Source: an uncultured Poribacteria bacterium
GTDB lineage: Bacteria > Poribacteria > WGA-4E > WGA-3G
Length of the DNA: 64,000 nt
Assembly: GCA_958296135.2 (NCBI GenBank)
Contig: CATQHZ020000001.1
Span: 2,464,001 to 2,528,000, forward strand
Direction: 5' to 3'
Shown here piece after piece: positions 61,187 to 64,000 of the stretch (the stretch's first letter is position 1; the number at the start of each line of letters is the position of its first letter). The position numbers were made by a program, and so were the translations under genes. Under the pieces are notes generated by a model. That model made no database searches and had not been told where the DNA came from. It saw only the letters and a list, made by a program, of their open reading frames with translations.

Positions 61187-61833
61187 GGTGTGTCTCCTTC
61201 GGGATGCACCGTTGCCGGAACAGTCCCAGTTAACTTGTCAAGTATCCCGATACTCTGTTGAATGGCGGATGAGACATGCGCCATTCGTTTTAGGGCACCG
61301 CGCGATGCAGCGTCCAGTTGAACAGCAGAAACCAGACTCGCGTTGACAACAATGCCGGTCCGCTCTACCGCGTAGTGCACCGTGCTGAACGCGTAATTGA
61401 AGTCGCGGGAGGCTTGCGCCATCTGCGCCTGACGCTGTTGATGCTGATAGGCACCAAACAGGAGTGCCCCAACTAAGCATGTCACCGCGCCAACGCGAAC
61501 TAACGGACGCCCGTAGGTAGTCCCTAAGCCGCCGAAGATGGCTCTAAACCGATAGAACCATCCCCCGCTGTCTGGATGCGCGCGGACATACGCCGCAACC
61601 GTGCTGAAAATCTCCGGTGGCGGCTCAGGCTTCGGCAGCGCGTCCAACACCTCATCAAGTGTGTGCGCGATGCGAACCTCCTCCTGACAAGTCGGGCAGG
61701 CCGCGAGATGCGCGGCTACCAGTGCATCGGTGCTCGCATCCAATTCATCGGCGAGATACGCCGCTAAAATGTCCTGAACCGCCGCGCAGGAGAGGGAATA
61801 AGGGCGATTTCGGTTCATTCGTTCATTCTCCAA
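61183..61833 (-). CDS. Zinc-finger (zf-HC2) membrane anti-sigma factor
   Basis: HLAACPTC motif, TM segment, follows the ECF sigma gene. Confidence 0.88.
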   Translation of the reverse strand: MENERMNRNRPYSLSCAAVQDILAAYLADELDASTDALVAAHLAACPTCQEEVRIAHTLDEVLDALPKPEPPPEIFSTVAAYVRAHPDSGGWFYRFRAIFGGLGTTYGRPLVRVGAVTCLVGALLFGAYQHQQRQAQMAQASRDFNYAFSTVHYAVERTGIVVNASLVSAVQLDAASRGALKRMAHVSSAIQQSIGILDKLTGTVPATVHPEGDTP

Positions 61834-62348
61834 TAAGGACTTAACAATTCCCGTAATTTTTTGCGGGCGCGAAACACCGTCGATTTCACGGTTCCCTCGG
61901 GCCGCCGTAATACCGCCGCGATGTCCTTAAAACTCATACCTTCCAATTCGCGCATGATTACCATCCGTTGCATCTCCGGCGGCAGTTGTTGGATAGCCTG
62001 CCGCACTACCTGCTTGAGCTCCTGTTTGAGGAGCAGCTCTTCCGGCGACGGCGACACCTCAGCCGAATGCGTGTGCATCAGCGTCTCCAATTCCTCGTCA
62101 TTTCCTTCTGTCAAAGGCACCTGAAATTTGCGCCGCTTTAGCAAATTGTAACAGAGATTCTGGGCGCATTTGAGCAGCCACGAGTGAACGGTTTCCTCCC
62201 GCAATGTCGCGCGATGTTCCCACGCTCTGATGAAGGTGTCCTGCGTTATATCCTTAGCATCTTCCGGATTGCCAACCAGGTAGAGAGCATGCCGATAGAC
62301 CTGAGCTTGATGCTTCCGGACTAACCCTAGGAATTGTTCTTCTGTCAT
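61815..62348 (-). CDS. ECF RNA polymerase sigma factor
   Basis: DAKDITQDTF, SWL, EGTVKSTVFRAR. Confidence 0.93.
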   Translation of the reverse strand: MTEEQFLGLVRKHQAQVYRHALYLVGNPEDAKDITQDTFIRAWEHRATLREETVHSWLLKCAQNLCYNLLKRRKFQVPLTEGNDEELETLMHTHSAEVSPSPEELLLKQELKQVVRQAIQQLPPEMQRMVIMRELEGMSFKDIAAVLRRPEGTVKSTVFRARKKLRELLSPYWRMNE

Positions 62349-62465
62349 GTTGCAACTCCGCGCGTTTTGTGGTTACTGAGACTACAAACGAGTTGCAAAA
62401 AAGTTGCACTCTTTTTTAGAATATTGGAAAAAAAGAGGAAAATAGTGACAAGGTGGCAAAAATAA

Positions 62466-62491
62466 GCGGAACTGAAGTGCTTCAGTTCCGC
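62466..62491. repeat. Perfect 12-bp-arm palindrome
   Basis: gcggaactgaag-tg-cttcagttccgc. Confidence 0.7.
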
Positions 62492-62576
62492 GACGATGCC
62501 GTTTTCGTCAGGTAATCGCCGCCTGATGAAAACGACACCGAGGCGAGGACAAGAAAAATTGCGGACGCGGCCGCGC

Positions 62577-62895
62577 TCATTGCGAAGCGCGGCCGTTTTT
62601 TGCCTCAGCTTCTTCGGCGCGCTGTTCTGCCTGCTCGGCGCGCTGTTTATATTGTTCGGCGCGCTGCTGTTCTTGTTCGGCGCGCTGTTCTGCCAGGTTG
62701 GCGCGCTGCCGCTCCGCTTTCAAGACCTGTTCAACTTCTTCAGCGCGCTTCTCAGCCGCTTCGGCGCGCCGCTCCAGCTGGTCTGCCCGTTTCTTAGCTT
62801 GTAAATAATACATGACACGCTCCAATATCTTGCTACCGCCAATAATCGCAATTGTTAATATGAAAGCGAAATTAGAGAGATGTGCCCAAATAACT
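62577..62895 (-). pseudogene. Duplicated C-terminal cassette (TM + coiled coil) of the upstream gene
   Basis: VIWAHLSNFAFILTIAIIGGSKILERVMYY... near-identical to 62928-63180, with 21 extra residues of repeats. Confidence 0.7.
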
Positions 62896-62927
62896 TCGGA
62901 CGAGTCAGACTGCGAACGCGGCCGCGC

Positions 62928-63401
62928 TCATTGCGAAGCGCGGCCGTTTTTTGCCTCAGCTTCTTCAGCGCGCTGTTTATATTCCTCGGCGCGCTGTTCT
63001 GCCTGCTCGGCGCGCTGTTCAGCTTCTTCGGCGCGTTTTTCAGCCGCTTCGGCGCGCCGCTCCAGCTGGTCTGCCCGTTTCTTAGCTTGTAAATAATACA
63101 TGACACGCTCCAATATCTTGCTACCGCCAATAATCGCAATTGTTAATATGAAAGCGAAATTAGAGAGATGCGACCAGATGACTCCCATCGTTTTCCGCAG
63201 CGGGACACCTGTTTTTCTCCCATCGAGAATCTCGCCAACGCCAACCCATAAGGCATACGCCCCCAAGATAATGAGGAAGAGGTAAATCGCTGGATTTAAC
63301 CACCTTCTCGGGATGCCCCCCGGAAAAGCAGCATATCCCTCTTCTTCCCCCGGGTCTTGGACAGGATGTTCCTCTCCATTATCATGTTCTGTTTCCTGCA
63401 T
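62928..63401 (-). CDS. 2-TM protein with an AEQRAEQ heptad coiled-coil tail
   Basis: Two hydrophobic helices; 21-bp repeat units; start uncertain. Confidence 0.7.
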   Translation of the reverse strand: MQETEHDNGEEHPVQDPGEEEGYAAFPGGIPRRWLNPAIYLFLIILGAYALWVGVGEILDGRKTGVPLRKTMGVIWSHLSNFAFILTIAIIGGSKILERVMYYLQAKKRADQLERRAEAAEKRAEEAEQRAEQAEQRAEEYKQRAEEAEAKNGRASQ

Positions 63402-63586
63402 CAATTGATACCAAATCATTGTGCGCGGTTGCAAACCGTGCCTACAAAAACTGTTATGTTTTCGTGCTGTCCTTTCAACGGTGCTCTGATATGATACCCG
63501 ATTTGAGCGGCAAATTCAAAGGTTTCAGAGAAGAGAACCGGTAGGCGCGCTTTGCAAGCGCGCCAAGGAAAATACAGCTGCCTTCT

Positions 63587-64000
63587 TTACAGCCCCGAAT
63601 TCTGCGCAGCATCAAACACAAGCGATGGCAGAATCCCAATCAACAACACGCCAATTGCGGCGAGGACGAGCCCCACCACCAGCGTCCGCGGATACGGAGA
63701 GACATCTACCTCTCCTGCCGGCTCACGCATATACATTGTGACGACAACTCGCAGGTAGTAAAACGCTGAAATCGCCGTGTTGACAGCACCGATGGCGACG
63801 AGCCAGATATGTCCTGCCTGCACCGCCGATTTGAAGACGTAGAATTTCCCGACAAACCCCGCTGTCGGCGGAAAGCCTGCTAGCGATAACAGCATCACGG
63901 TGAGAAAGAGTGCCAGTAGCGGCTTCCGGAACCCAAGCCCAGCGTAATCCGAAAGCGTCAAACGTTCGCCCGCCGATGTTTTCGCCAGAATAACCGCGGC
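63587..64000 (-). CDS. nuoN: NADH-quinone oxidoreductase subunit N (3' end)
   Basis: SLAGFPPTAGFVGKF, ISAFYYLRV. Confidence 0.92.
   Translation of the reverse strand, partial: AAVILAKTSAGERLTLSDYAGLGFRKPLLALFLTVMLLSLAGFPPTAGFVGKFYVFKSAVQAGHIWLVAIGAVNTAISAFYYLRVVVTMYMREPAGEVDVSPYPRTLVVGLVLAAIGVLLIGILPSLVFDAAQNSGL

Noticed and set aside
62370-62410. Autoregulatory ECF promoter (TGCAAC...GTCT)
   Set aside because: Spacing of about 20 bp is outside the usual 16-17; not supportable
62928-62930. Selenocysteine at this TGA
   Set aside because: No Cys/redox context and no convincing SECIS spacing

Overview
Window from a GC-moderate bacterium. The gene mix suggests Candidatus Poribacteria (sponge symbiont), which is inference only: three PhyH-type dioxygenases, a Uma2 nuclease, TolB-like propellers ending in a 'VSxxGKxxxxWGxxK' tail, and a sulfatase-like protein. 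Core content: carbohydrate and redox enzymes, a CoxMSL/xanthine-dehydrogenase-type molybdoenzyme, a complete F1Fo ATP synthase operon interrupted by toxin-antitoxin genes, an ECF sigma/anti-sigma/DUF4252 operon and the 3' end of nuoN. Most notable observations: (1) a 6.3 kb locus (36.6-42.9 kb) of three repeated modules, each with a non-canonical promoter, a conserved structured 5' leader, a small secreted cargo, a hairpin and a partner protein. The modules are interleaved with an atypical sigma-70 factor whose own promoter has the same architecture. (2) A type III R-M mod gene out of frame at a G9 tract (candidate phase variation). (3) A DUF3179 selenoprotein (UPLC plus a SECIS-like hairpin). 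(4) A GTAG-type REP family that occurs between genes and also in frame inside several genes. (5) PhyH-type enzymes with halogenase-like HxG/HxA motifs. (6) A tandem coiled-coil cassette in frame behind a TGA stop. No rRNA, tRNA, CRISPR array or intact transposase was recognised.
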